63,665 nt of DNA, filler included, from Octopus bimaculoides (GCF_001194135.2; 4 parts of 3 records of this genome joined end to end with filler, not necessarily neighbours in it); one strand, 5' to 3'; shown: positions 22,249 to 35,245, counted from the whole stretch's first letter. Notes: a model not told the origin generated them from the letters alone. Program-made: numbers and translations.

Positions 22249-22249
22249 T

Positions 22250-22546
22250 TGTTATGTCAAGAATCATGACACCCACTGTGAGAATGGACTGGCCGAACTC
22301 GTTAAGTAACAGCGTGTTTGACTGAGAGTGAGAAGTCGAAAGAAGTCAAAAGCAAGAAGTCAAAAGGTGTCATTCATGAGTTCATGGAGTCACGGGAAAT
22401 TGTTGAGAAGTTGTTATAGCTCATTGAGAGTTGTTTTGGATTGGTTATAGTTGTTGGCAGAGCATTTGGGAATACATCAAGTGGAGACACTTAGTGTCTA
22501 CCCCATTCCTTAGTATTTTATATCACTTTGTTATTAGTGCATGACA
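22250..22546. mobile_element. Candidate short solo LTR (TGTTATG...CATGACA)
   Basis: Imperfect terminal inverted repeat with TG..CA ends; no convincing TSD. Confidence 0.3.
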
Positions 22547-22987
22547 CAAGGTGACATATACAGAAACCATGTTACAAAAGAGATATATATACATTGGGGT
22601 AACAAGTGAGACTGTAACTGAAATGTGTTGGTGTGTGTAGATTATAGGTGTATGTGTGACAGCAATGTGTATGTGTACACTGTTTAAATATGTTGGTGAA
22701 TATGGTGCAAGTTTTTCTTTTGTTAATAGGTGATGTTGGTGTGAGGTAGTTTTGAATGTGGGGACTGTTGGAATGTATAAGGTGGGTTGTATGTGTAAGT
22801 GTATGTGGAATGGGAAAAAGGGGGTTAAATGAAAAGAGGTTGGTAATTAAGAATGTTGTAGACTGAAGTCCAGCTCCAGATGAAGACATGAATCCAGAGG
22901 ACCTCTGTGCAAAGTCAGTCTTAACACAGAGAGATGTTGAAGAAGGGAAGAAGGGAATGACTGAAACAAATAAGAGAAAAGAAAGAG

Positions 22988-23022
<35 letters not shown>

Positions 23023-23202
23023 NNNNNNNNNNNNNNNNNNNNNNNNNNNNNNNNNNNNNNNNNNNNNNNNNNNNNNNNNNNNNNNNNNNNNNNNNNNNNN
23101 NNNNNNNNNNNNNNNNNNNNNNNNNNNNNNNNTATATATACAGAGAGAGAGAGAAATATATGTATATGTGTGTGTGTGTGTGTATATGTATGTATGTGTG
23201 TG

Positions 23203-23234
<32 letters not shown>

Positions 23235-23235
<1 letters not shown>

Positions 23236-24400
23236 GTAAGAACGACCGTGCAAACCCAAAAAGGAGAAATGGTGACGAATGGAAAAAACAGGACTCCTTT
23301 TATTTAAATGCGTCACACGGTCGAACACAAAAATTATATCAAGAGATGATATACAAATATGTTATACTACGATAACATAGTGATTTCGTAAATTGTCAGT
23401 AATGAAGACGATAGAAGGCAACCGCATGAGATGAATAACAGAAATATTTATTGTGACATTAAAATGTATGTCTGTGTGTGAGTGTGAATGCGACATAATG
23501 AAAACATAATAAAAGACAGACTGTCGTATAAAGAAAAGAGTGTGTGTGAGTGATACATGTATGTGTATGCGTTATATACAGCAGATAAAAAGAGTCAGTA
23601 ACACGTGTGAGCATTTGCCGGTTTGTTGAGTACACAATAGGAAGAGTCTGTATGAAAGAAGTTAATGCGTGTGTGTGGCAGTGCGATCACTAGTTGTGAT
23701 GTTGTGGCTTCCATGCCGGGCCGGGTTCTTGTTATACAGATGTTCGTCGCTGGCTGGGCTCTTGTCTATTATTNNNNNNNNNNTTATACAGATGTTCGTC
23801 GCTGGCTGGGCTCTTGTCTATTATTTATCGTGGTGAAGAAGAATCACACAAACAGAATCGAAGAGAGAGAGAGATGTGCCGCGGTAGTTTCGTTGCTGGT
23901 GTACGTAGAAATCATGTTGATGATATTGGCGATGCTGGTGGCGAATCTTGTAGTTCGTAGTTAAAGTCGTGTTGACGCTGACGGCGATGATGCTGGTTAG
24001 TAATCATAGAGTCGTGTTGCTGATGGCGACGTCGGTGGTAGTCGTAGCTGGAGATGCTGTTGATGTAGTCGCTGGAACTGCTGCTGCTGATCTGTGTGGT
24101 ACACGGAACAGGTCCCTAAGAGATCTGAACCGAGACCAATTTGCCGGGTATAATTTGGGCTATTTATAGTTGATGGTAGGCTCCCAAAGGCATCAGAAAA
24201 ATACTCTATCACATGACCTTATTAGGGGCCGCAGTTGGTCAGTTTGCGTTCTGGCGGGAACGGTTCGAAGCAGTTGCCGCTTCAAATAATAATTAGTCAT
24301 GTGATAACAGGGAAAGATGTTTTCCACTACGCCCGCGCTTGTTTATATATAATAGTGAGAAGATGGTTTGTTTGTAATTAATGGTGATAGGTACTAATTT
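23235..24400 (-). mobile_element. LTR-C copy 3, reverse orientation; far end unclear near the scaffold end
   Basis: Reverse complement of the 7119-8351 element over most of its length (TGTAAGAACGACCGTGC...; TTGCCGCTTCAAATAATAAT); abuts (TA)n. Confidence 0.85.
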
Positions 24401-24444
24401 TATCTTCATTATTATTTTAAACTTAAACTTCGTTCAACTTGTAT

Positions 24445-24544
24445 NNNNNNNNNNNNNNNNNNNNNNNNNNNNNNNNNNNNNNNNNNNNTTAATTAATTAA
24501 NNNNNNNNNNNNNNNNNNNNNNNNNNNNNNNNNNNNNNNNNNNN
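24445..24544. other. Artificial scaffold-join spacer (44 N + TTAATTAATTAA + 44 N)
   Basis: Exactly 100 bp; the palindromic 12-mer gives stop codons in all six frames; identical spacers occur elsewhere in the window. Confidence 0.9.
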
Positions 24545-24989
24545 TGGGGAATACCACTCTGCCTGTCTCCGTTTCTTCTACCTAAATATATATATATATA
24601 TATATATGCGGGGGATATTAACGGATTTGATATAGATACGTGTATGTTCGTGTTTCCCTTGTATGTGTGCGCGCACATCTGTGTGGAATTTTCTTTGGGT
24701 GGTGCATATATGTTTCTATACGTGTGTGTGTGTCTATGTGTGTATTGATCTTTTGTTTCTCTCCGAATTAATATTTCGGACATATGCGGCAGCAAAAATT
24801 GTCGACGAGTGTGAAAAATAGTTATTGTTCTTAAATATCTCTGCAAAATAAACAAATAAAATATATACAAATAAAATGGCGTCCGAGCTGTCATTTTGAT
24901 ATCAATGGCGTGTTATGAAGCCATTGATTTTGAATGGTGGGGGGAGGAAGAGTGCAGAGCAAAATGGCTTTGATATGAGGAGAAGAATA

Positions 24990-25950
24990 TGAAAGCAGAA
25001 GAGATAATATGATGATGAAGAAGATGAAGAAGAAAAACATAAGATGGAAAGAAGAAATAGAAGGAGATGATGGTGATGATGATTATGATGATGAAGTGAT
25101 GGAAAAGGTAAAATAATAGAACATGAAAGTAGAGAAAAGACGATGAAGAAAAAGAGAAAGAATAAGACAAGGAAGAAAGAGAAGAGGAAGAAAAGCAGAA
25201 GAAAACGAAGAACAAGAAAGAAGAAGAAGAAGAAGAAGAAGAAGAAGAAGAAGAAGAAGAAGAAGAAGAAGAAGAAGAAGAAGAAGACGGAAAGGAAGAA
25301 GNNNNNNNNNNAAGTGATGGAAAAGGTAAAATAATAGAACATGAAAGTAGAGAAAAGACGATGAAGAAAAAGAGAAAGAATAAGACAAGGAAGAAAGAGA
25401 AGAGGAAGAAAAAGCAGAAGAAAACGAAGAACAAGAAAGAAGAAGAAGAAGAAGAAGGAAAGGAAGAAGAAGATCAAGAAGAAGAAGAAGAAGAAGTAGA
25501 AGAAGANNNNNNNNNNAAGAAGAAGAAGAAGAAGAAGAAGAAGAAGAAGAAGAAGAAGAATTAGAATTAGAAGAAGAAGGAGAAGAAGAAGAAGAAAAGA
25601 AGAGGAAGTAGAAGAAGAAGAAGAAGAAGAAGAAGAAGAAGAAGAAGAAATATTGCTGATGAAATGAAAAAAAGAGCAGAAAATGAAAAAGAAAAGTGGC
25701 GAAAGAAGATAAAGGAAGTGAAGTAAGAGAGAACGGAAAATAAGGAGGAAAAATTGAAAGATGAAAAGATGAGAATAAGAGAAGATTAAAAATAGAAGGA
25801 AGTCATCGAATAATAGAAGAAAGAGAGAAGGAAATGAAGGAATTGGAGTTGTGAAGGAGTAAATTAGTGAGGACAATGATGAAAAAATTTCTATGAAAGA
25901 AGTCATGAATGAAAGAATACAGGAAGGAGAAAGAGAGGAATAAGGAAAAG
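24990..25950. repeat. (GAA)n-rich polypurine low-complexity region
   Basis: Long GAA runs; the poly-F/S/K ORFs here are artefacts. Confidence 0.9.
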
Positions 25951-25964
25951 TGAATATTAACATG

Positions 25965-26400
25965 AATTAAATGTTTTTATGTGTGTGTGTGAGTTTGTGT
26001 GGTGTGTATGTGCTTGTGTGTGCGCTTGTGTTTCTGTGTGTGTGTGTGTGTGTGTTTCTCTGTGTATATGTTTGTGTGTGCGTTTGTTTGTATGTGTGTT
26101 TGTGTGGGTCTGTTTTTGTTTGTGTGTTTGTGTTTGTGTGTGTGTGTGTGTGTGTGTTTCTCTGTGTATATGCTTGTGTGTGCGTTTGTGTGTGTGTGTT
26201 TGTGTGGGTGTGTTTTTGTGTGTGTGTTTGTGTGTGTATGTGTGTGTATTTTTGTATGTGTGTTTGCGTGTATCTTTTTGTTTGTGTGTTTGCGTTTGTG
26301 TTGGTGTGTTTGTGTTTGTGTGTGTGTGTGTTTGTGCGTATGTATGTGTGCCTGTATGCTTATACATGCGCATATAAATGTATTCGAGTCACGTGCATAG
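25965..26400. repeat. Degenerate (GT)n low-complexity tract
   Basis: Directly visible. Confidence 0.9.
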
Positions 26401-26510
26401 TTATATATGTATATACATTTGTGTGAAGATATATATTTGCACGTGCGATTGTATATGTATGTGTGTGTATGCATGTGGTCATATTTACGTATGTATACTT
26501 GGATCACTAG

Positions 26511-26902
26511 TGGAGGCGCAATGGCCCAGTGGTTAGGGCAGCAGACTCGCGGTCATAGGATTGCGGTTTCGATTCCCAGACCGGGCGTTGTGAGTGTTTA
26601 TTGAGCGAAAACACCTAAAAGCTCCACGAGACTCCAGCAGGGGATGGTGGCGAACCCTACTGTACTCTTCTACCACAACTTCCTCTCACTCTTACTTCCT
26701 GTTTCTGTTGTGCCTGTATTTCTAAGGGTCAGCCTTGTCACACTCTGTGTCACACTGAATATCCCCGAGAACTACGTTAAGGGTACACGTGTCTGTGGAG
26801 TGCTCAGCCACTTGCACGTTAATTTCACGAGCAGGCTGTTCCGTTGATCGGATCAACTGGAACTCTCGACGTCGTAAGCGACGGACTGCCAACAACAACA
26901 AA
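26511..26902 (+). mobile_element. SINE family 1, full length (tRNA-derived head, ACA tail)
   Basis: A-box TGGCCCAGTGG, B-box GGTTTCGATTCC; near-identical copies at 51633-52011 and 52678-52861. Confidence 0.9.
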
Positions 26903-27321
26903 CTTGGATCACTACGAACGTTCTCATGTCTGTGTGTGAAATTATACGTGTACACGTGCAGCATTGTCTTTTTATATATTATATGTTTTTTGTGATGTGT
27001 CGTTGGGTATATCTGCGGTCGGTTATGCGCATGTGTGTTTGTATCCGAATAAGACTCGAAGTCACACATGACTCCTTACTTTTCCTTCTTCACATCCACC
27101 AATCTCACTCATGTTATATATACTTATATAAATTATATATGTGAAAGTCCCTTAATAATACGTATCCCAATACAATTTCAGTTGAGCTATGATGCAAAAT
27201 CTTTTATTCCATGAAATCCTGTCTTTCCATTCTTATTTTTCTTACATGTAAACATATAGGTTAAAATTAATCTCGACTTATGTCAAAATTCTCAACGTTT
27301 TTTTTTATTACACAAATTATA

Positions 27322-27550
27322 TACATGGGGCTGCTGAAAAGTTCGTGGACTAAAAGTTATCGCGAAAGGCCCGTATAGAGTTTGAAGACTTTTACAAAAG
27401 TTCTTTTACAGGTCTTAGAGAATCTGAAGGACCACTACAGCCAGTATCTGAATCTGGGAGGGGAATATGTTGAATAAAATCATAATTAACTGATCCTCCT
27501 GCATTTTCTTTTACCGAAAACCAAACAATTTTCGGCACTCCCCACCCCAC
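27322..27550 (+). mobile_element. Internally deleted mariner-like element (MITE)
   Basis: TA, then CATGGGGCTGCTGAAAAGTTC ... AATTTTCGGCACTCCCCA as imperfect TIRs; contains a transposase C-terminal remnant LNLGGEYVE*. Confidence 0.6.
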
Positions 27551-28376
27551 ATATAATACAGATTCAGTTGAATTAGGTACTTTAACTGAAGCACCTAGCT
27601 AGGTCGGTATAGTCCACACACTTAAACAAGATTAATTAAATATTGTATATCAAGACTCCGTGCAGGGGTGGTTGTACCTCATGTTCCTGCCGTGTGTGGA
27701 GACAACCTGTACATTTGTGTTACACACGTATATNNNNNNNNNNNNNNNNNNNNNNNNNNNNNNNNNNNNNNNNNNNNNNNNNNNNNNNNNNNNNNNNNNN
27801 NNNNNNNNNNNNNNNNNNNNNNNNNNNNNNNNNNNNNNNNNNNNNNNNNNNNNNNNNNNNNNNNNNNNNNNNNNNNNNNNNNNNNNNNNNNNNNNNNNNN
27901 NNNNNNNNNNNNNNNNNNNNNNNNNNNNNNNNNNNNNNNNNNNNNNNNNNNNNNNNNNNNNNNNNNNNNNNNNNNNNNNNNNNNNNNNNNNNNNNNNNNN
28001 NNNNNNNNNNNNNNNNNNNNNNNNNNNNNNNNNNNNNNNNNNNNNNNNNNNNNNNNNNNNNNNNNNNNNNNNNNNNNNNNNNNNNNNNNNNNNNNNNNNN
28101 NNNNNNNNNNNNNNNNNNNNNNNNNNNNNNNNNNNNNNNNNNNNNNNNNNNNNNNNNNNNNNNNNNNNNNNNNNNNNNNNNNNNNNNNNNNNNNNNNNNN
28201 NNNNNNNNNNNNNNNNNNNNNNNNNNNNNNNNNNNNNNNNNNNNNNNNNNNNNNNNNNNNNNNNNNNNNNNNNNNNNNNNNNNNNNNNNNNNNNNNNNNN
28301 NNNNNNNNNNNNNNNNNNNNNNNNNNNNNNNNNNNNNNNNNNNNNNNNNNNNNNNNNNNNNNNNNNNNNNNNNNNN

Positions 28377-28563
28377 ATATTTCGGAATACAATTCCTTCT
28401 TCAGATATTCTTAGATGGAGTCGCTGCTATAATCTGTTTTCCAACGGCTATTCTTTTTTCGGAAGCTTTTCTTTTTTTCGAAAAAAGGAAAGCCGTTGGA
28501 AAACAGATTATAGCAGCGACTTCATCTAAGAATATCTGAAGAAGGAATTGTATTCGGAAATAT
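28377..28563. repeat. Near-perfect palindrome (72-bp arms, 2 mismatches), probably an inverted PLE terminal repeat, with a hammerhead-like core in each arm
   Basis: 28377-28448 is the reverse complement of 28492-28563; the arm reads CTGAAGA-A-GGAAT-TGT-ATTCC-GAAA-TAT. Confidence 0.8.
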
Positions 28564-28749
28564 CATTGGACTATGGGTAACTAAATTACAACAGGTATAT
28601 AGTCCATTTTTTGTATTATAGTGCATTGTTGTACCATTCAAAACTTTTTATTCTTTACAAACAATAGACAATGCTTCAAGCGAACTACAATGCTCTCCTA
28701 TATATATAGGAGAAGAAATGGATGTAATTAATAATTTATTTGCATATTG

Positions 28750-29440
28750 CAAAAAAATGAGAGTACTTTTTAAAAACATGACAGTACAAATATATTGATT
28801 ACAGAATGAAAACTCAAAAAATAAATTAAAATAAAATAAGGAACCTACATATATGTTTCAGTCTTATCATCCAATTGCGAATTTCGAAGCATTTGGTTTA
28901 ATATTAAGAAAGTTACCATATTCAAACTATTTGGTGGTAAGCGGCAGGACTTCTTCAGGGTTAATATAAATCTCATAGAACGTTAGGTAATCATTTTTAT
29001 TTTTTGCACAGATTATCAGTAGGTTAAAAACTATATATTGAAAGTGAATTTGATTGATGGCCTTTATATATGTGTGAATATACTATATATTATATATTAT
29101 AATTTGAATTCCTAAATATATAAAACCCATCCATAAAATACACTTTCAATGTACAGTTTTTAACTTTTAACCCACTAATACTCTATGCTTCCTGAAAAAA
29201 AGATTACTTAATGTTCCATGAGCTCTATATTAACTTAGAAGAAGTCCTGACACCATGGAGTTTGAATGGGGTAACTTTCTTAATAAACCAAATGACTCGA
29301 AATTCACATCAACTAGGTGATAGGACTGAAACATATATGTAGGTTCCTTATTTTATTTTAGTTAATGTTTTGAGCTTTCAACCTGTTATCAAGTTATTTG
29401 TACTGTTATGTTCTTCCAAAAAACTGTCATCTTTTTGTAA
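28750..29440. mobile_element. Foldback/MITE-like element with long (~250-bp) diverged inverted arms
   Basis: GGAACCTACATATATGTTTCAGTC (28840-28863) versus GACTGAAACATATATGTAGGTTCC (29324-29347); similarity extends on both sides; partial copy near 45800-45980. Confidence 0.7.
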
Positions 29441-30124
29441 CAGGCAGTGGATTCAAACAACAAGCGGGGTAAATCATTGCCGAGAAGCAAGCAGGATTCA
29501 GGTTGTCTCGCAGCACAATAGAACACATTTTCAATTTAAGAATTCTTTGGGGGCGCTATCTCCAGCACCATGTAATCCATGATTTTTCCAGGCATTGCTG
29601 TTATAAGATAATTAATAATGTGTCAATTAATAATTTAAGATTTTACCTTATAAAATACTGAAAGATAAAATTTCGATTTTTCCATGTAAGTGATGATAAT
29701 ATTTCGATTTTTTTAATGTTTAATTTAAATATATGTTGTGATTGAATTATTTGATATTACCCCTCCACACCAAATTAATGGCAGGGATTTTTACCATGGT
29801 GTTGGTTGTNNNNNNNNNNNNNNNNNNNNNNNNNTGTACCATGGCTCATCAAAAGTTACAAACAACAAGACCCCAAAACCATCAGTTACCAGGCTCATCT
29901 TAAGTAACCTAATTTTGCAATATTAGGAAGACACAGAAATTCATTCAACGATAAAAAATTCTAATTATTCTGGGATTGGGGGGGGGGACTCCCACCTCAT
30001 TTTTGCCGAACCAAAATAAGGGATTTGTAGTATATTAGGTGGTCAGGGTACTTGATTACGCGCAAAAAATTTTTCTTGCTTTCTTAGTGAAAATCGTGTG
30101 GGTGTTAATATAGAAATTGACCAT

Positions 30125-30310
30125 AATGTTGTTATTTAGCCTCAAATCAACCCTGATACTGCAGACGTATCGTCAAAGACATTTCAGCCTTCAGCAAACC
30201 ATCTTTTTAGGGATAATCTAGGACATTGCATACAATGGGCGTGTGATTTCGGTAGGGGGATTCTTTGGCTGCTATTTTTAGCGTGTCGAGTGACCAGGTA
30301 GAGGCTCTTT
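30125..30310 (+). repeat. Dispersed interspersed repeat (GGCTGCTATTTTTAGC family)
   Basis: Related segments at ~1960-2025, ~15850-15930 (minus), ~35470-35540 and ~60230-60430; class unknown. Confidence 0.45.
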
Positions 30311-31056
30311 TATTGGTTCGATAGCGTGATGAGATGTTTTTTTTTACACATATATGTAATATGCATATATATCATTGGCAGAAGTTAGATACGAAGTCAA
30401 AAGCTGAGAGTTTCGTGTATCAAACACGAATTTGTCCATTGTCACTCTGTAACTGCCAGGCTACATATGTTTCATAGCTGAACTTTGTAAGTAATAAATT
30501 ATTCAAACGCGGTCTAGACTGCAAGCTATTCTTCAGGCCAAGGATGCCTTGATGATATGATGTTTACATGGTCGGTAGGAGATCCCGATTTAACTCGTTA
30601 TATATAAACCAGAAAATAATCGGCCTACGTCACACTGTTTCAACGACCGGAATGATTGTTTCTTGGCTTTATTGGTCACGAAACTTCAGACTCTCTGTAA
30701 CACACACACACTGACAGATATGCACATGCGCAAAAACGCGCACATGCACGCATACGTATTTGGGGTTTGTGTGAATGTGTAATTTGTCATTCTCGTTCGT
30801 TCTGCATCCGTCCCTCTACGTATCTTTCAATATTTGTCCATAAAAATAATCTCCACCCTTAGGGGTTATATCAATTTTACGAAACAATAATGGTGACCAA
30901 TTCTGCTAGAAAAGTGTAGGTACCGAAACTTCGAAGTCACTGTCAGTCCTCTTCTGCCAAAAATGTAATATGCATATATAGATACACATAAACACACACG
31001 CATGAAGTTACATATGCATACTGATATACATACGCACGCACAAAGAAACATGCATG

Positions 31057-31544
31057 CTCTTTACTCTTTTACTTGTTTCAGTCATTTGACTGTGGCCATG
31101 CTGGAGCACCGCCTTTAGTTGAGTAAATCGACCCCAGGACTTATTCTTTGTAAGCCTAGTACTTATTCTATCGGTCTCTTTTGTCGAACCGCTAAGTTAC
31201 GGGGACGTAAACACAGACACACAAACATATATANNNNNNNNNNNNNNNNNNNNNNNNNNNNNNNNNNNNNNNNNNNNNNNNNNNNNNNNNNNNNNNNNNN
31301 NNNNNNNNNNNNNNNNNNNNNNNNNNNNNNNNNNNNNNNNNNNNNNNNNNNNNNNNNNNNNNNNNNNNNNNNNNNTATATATATAAATGTGTATAGCTTC
31401 CGTCTACCAAATCCACTCACAGGGCTTTGGTCGGCCCGAGGCTATAATAGAAGACACTTGCACAAGGTGCCACGCAGTGGGACTGAACGCGGAACCATGT
31501 GGCTGGTAAGCAAGCAACTTACCACACAGCCATTCCTACGCCTA
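31057..31544 (-). mobile_element. SINE family 2 copy (internal microsatellite lies in an N gap)
   Basis: Head and tail match 21817-22248 on the minus strand. Confidence 0.88.
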
Positions 31545-32179
31545 CATACACTGCACAGAAATATAAACATATATATGTGTGTGTATATGTGTCTTTGTAA
31601 ACCTGTGTGTATATGTGTGTACAGACAGACAGAAGCGCGCGCACACGCACACACACGCTCAAACAGACACAGAGAGCAAGAAAAGCGTACGTAAAGCTAC
31701 GATGTACATTCCTCTATTTATCATTATGTCTGCACTATGCATCTCTGTCTATGTGTACGAGCTACTCTAACACCACGTTCTGTAGTAAATGCGTCTGCAA
31801 TTGCCTATACAACGCAATATACATTTGGCCATGCGTTATAACTCTCTCTATGCGGTCTATCATTTCTCAAGTATTTGCCATTATTTCCTACATAAAACGA
31901 CTTCAGAACGTTGAGTTCAAGCCACTTTATTGTTTAATCGATAAGATAGCGTTACCTGATGCTTTAGTCATTAATTAGAAGCAAAATCTATCGATTACGT
32001 AGTCTTTTCTATTTATTCTGCAATATCTATTTCACTAAGATCTCGGTGATCCGTAGCAATAAAGAGATATGTAATATTTGATTGATTGATTTAAATAGAC
32101 GGTAAATGATACTGATGCATACGGATATGTATATAGATTTGAATGTGTATATATGTATATATATATATATGTATGTATG

Positions 32180-32215
<36 letters not shown>

Positions 32216-33051
32216 NNNNNNNNNNNNNNNNNNNNNNNNNNNNNNNNNNNNNNNNNNNNNNNNNNNNNNNNNNNNNNNNNNNNNNNNNNNNNNNNNNNNN
32301 NNNNNNNNNNNNNNNNNNNNNNNNNNNNNNNNNNNNNNNNNNNNNNNNNNNNNNNNNNNNNNNNNNNNNNNNNNNNNNNNNNNNNNNNNNNNNNNNNNNN
32401 NNNNNNNNNNNNNNNNNNNNNNNNNNNNNNNNNNNNNNNNNNNNNNNNNNNNNNNNNNNNNNNNNNNNNNNNNNNNNNNNNNNNNNNNNNNNNNNNNNNN
32501 NNNNNNNNNNNNNNNNNNNNNNNNNNNNNNNNNNNNNNNNNNNNNNNNNNNNNNNNNNNNNNNNNNNNNNNNNNNNNNNNNNNNNNNNNNNNNNNNNNNN
32601 NNNNNNNNNNNNNNNNNNNNNNNNNNNNNNNNNNNNNNNNNNNNNNNNNNNNNNNNNNNNNNNNNNNNNNNNNNNNNNNNNNNNNNNNNNNNNNNNNNNN
32701 NNNNNNNNNNNNNNNNNNNNNNNNNNNNNNNNNNNNNNNNNNNNNNNNNNNNNNNNNNNNNNNNNNNNNNNNNNNNNNNNNNNNNNNNNNNNNNNNNNNN
32801 NNNNNNNNNNNNNNNNNNNNNNNNNNNNNNNNNNNNNNNNNNNNNNNNNNNNNNNNNNNNNNNNNNNNNNNNNNNNNNNNNNNNNNNNNNNNNNNNNNNN
32901 NNNNNNNNNNNNNNNNNNNNNNNNNNNNNNNNNNNNNNNNNNNNNNNNNNNNNNNNNNNNATGGTTAATAATATATATATATGCATTATGAATACACATT
33001 ATACATATGAATAAGTCCATACACGCGCTTGTATATGTATGTATGCATATG

Positions 33052-33095
<44 letters not shown>

Positions 33096-33224
33096 TGTAT
33101 GTGTAAGTATACGTGTGTGCATATACAAACATGTGTATTTATCTTATGTAATTATGTTCTGTTTTTCTGGCGCTACTTTAAACCATTCCTTTTGTTTCAT
33201 CATTGGCATCAGCAGCAGCATCAC

Positions 33225-33241
33225 AACCACCACCACCACCT

Positions 33242-33278
<37 letters not shown>

Positions 33279-33296
33279 CGGCAGCGCAACCGCCAC

Positions 33297-33327
<31 letters not shown>

Positions 33328-33405
33328 TTCATTATCACAGTCATCAGCATTTTGCGTTTTGCTCTGATTCTCCTTTCACTATAACTGCCATCACCTCTTC
33401 TTCTT

Positions 33406-33494
<89 letters not shown>

Positions 33495-33595
33495 CATCAT
33501 CATCATCATCACCATCATTATTATTATTATAAGTAGTAGTAGTAGTAGTAGTGGCAGTAGTAGTAGTAGTAGCAGTAGTAGTAGTAGTAGTATTT

Positions 33596-33648
<53 letters not shown>

Positions 33649-33660
33649 TATAGTAGTAGA
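33225..33660. repeat. Compound trinucleotide microsatellite (CAC/CAA/CAT/CTT/TAT/TAG)
   Basis: Directly visible adjacent blocks. Confidence 0.95.
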
Positions 33661-34340
33661 TGTTGTAGAAGTAGTTTTATTTTTATCATTATGTTGTGTG
33701 CTTGAAACGTGGTTTTCTGTGACGTAAATGTCCTGTCTGTGCATGTGATTTGTGTGCGATTTGGAGTTTATGTATGTGATTACAAGCGAAGCAATTTATG
33801 TAAGTCTTGCGTTAGATGCGAATATGAGGCGTGTGAAATTAGCGCGATACACATATGCGATGTGTGAGAGATGCGTTTATGATTTCTGTTCTTCATTGTT
33901 CTTTGTATAGAGCTAGAGCTTGTGTGTTTTGCGTATGTAATGTTTGCGCATGCTGTGGTGTTGGAAATCTTTCTCTCATGCATACTTGTTGGATGTGTGC
34001 GTTGTTTATGGGAAGTATACATGTGAAATATATGCGATGCATGTATGATGTTTGCGGGATACAATTGTGATTTGTTTTTGCTGTATGTAGTTTCTGGTGT
34101 GGCTGATGCATTGTGTCTGTGTGATTGTGTTTGTGTATGTAAAGGTGAGGTGTAATTTGTGTGGTTCGAAGTCGCTTCTTTTTATAAAAGGAAACTGAAA
34201 GAAGCCCTTCGTGTATATATATATATATATCGTACTTATCTCTCGTTGTGTGTTTACTTATTCTTCAATCGTTGGTGATGTCCTGTTCTTAATGTGTATG
34301 ATTTCATTTATGCATATATATATATATATATATATATATA

Positions 34341-34440
34341 NNNNNNNNNNNNNNNNNNNNNNNNNNNNNNNNNNNNNNNNNNNNTTAATTAATTAANNNN
34401 NNNNNNNNNNNNNNNNNNNNNNNNNNNNNNNNNNNNNNNN
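34341..34440. other. Artificial scaffold-join spacer
   Basis: 44 N + TTAATTAATTAA + 44 N. Confidence 0.9.
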
Positions 34441-34490
34441 ATACACATGATCATAGATATTCCGTCCATATATATATATATATATATATA

Positions 34491-34680
34491 TGGGAGAATT
34501 TACGAAAAAAACAACTACACACGAGGACAGGTGGTGTAAACAACAAAAGGATGTATTAGTTTAACGCTCGGGAATAGAGAAAGTCTTTGACGTTTCGAGC
34601 CTACGCTCTTCAACTGAAAGGAAAACAGAAAGAAATAAGGAGAGAAATAAGGAGAAAAAATATAAATGTAGTGGTCAGCG
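34491..34680 (-). mobile_element. PLE-like terminal repeat with minimal hammerhead-like motif (34584-34621)
   Basis: Minus strand: CCTTT CAGTTGA A GAGC GTAG GCTC GAAAC GTC AAAGA; homologous to 47708-47900 and 53520-53705. Confidence 0.65.
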
Positions 34681-35212
34681 ATCTATCATGGCGAATATAT
34701 ATATCTGTTTGCCAATTTGAGAAGTAGTATATCTGACATTGTTCATTTTTTTTCTGTTCACTGTGGTGACTATAGACGACCTAAGTGGATTTTTATGTCG
34801 GAATACGAAGAAAACAATACAAAATAGAGATCGCAACTGTGTTGAGCAGCTATGTATGCGTAAATGGAGAACAGAAGCATTTTTGGACCAACGCAAAGAA
34901 TCCCAAATACTGAAGGAGATTCTCTCTCCTTCGTTTTTGTTCGTTGTTTAAAATTCTACAAAAAGTTATTACAAAGTTTGTGGTACGAAAAATCAGTTAC
35001 CTGCTACATATTTATTTCAAATACTTTCTTATTATTTGTATATTACAATTGATGCCTGATAGCGTCGTTGGTTGCAGATTCACAACTATCCAATCGATGT
35101 TATACAATGTTTCCAACGGAAAAGATAAGTGAATGTATGTGATGTATTTGGTGCCACTGATGATGAGGATAATGATGATGATGAAGATGAAGTCGACGAC
35201 GACGACGACGAC

Positions 35213-35245
<33 letters not shown>

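Noticed and set aside
23734-23826. Exact ~42-bp direct repeat either side of a 10-N gap
   Set aside because: Typical unmerged contig overlap, not a biological duplication.
25097-25445. Near-exact ~140-bp duplication across a 10-N gap in the GAA region
   Set aside because: Assembly overlap artefact.
24902-26507. Long ORFs (353, 176, 151 aa and others) in GAA- and GT-rich DNA
   Set aside because: Low-complexity sequence lacking stop codons; no coding signature.
26511-26590. tRNA-like sequences (also 46860-46975, 51930-52011, 52678-52750)
   Set aside because: They have A and B boxes but no complete cloverleaf or acceptor stem, and continue into multi-copy SINE bodies.
33007-33744. Poly-Q/H/Y/N ORFs
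   Set aside because: Translations of trinucleotide microsatellites.
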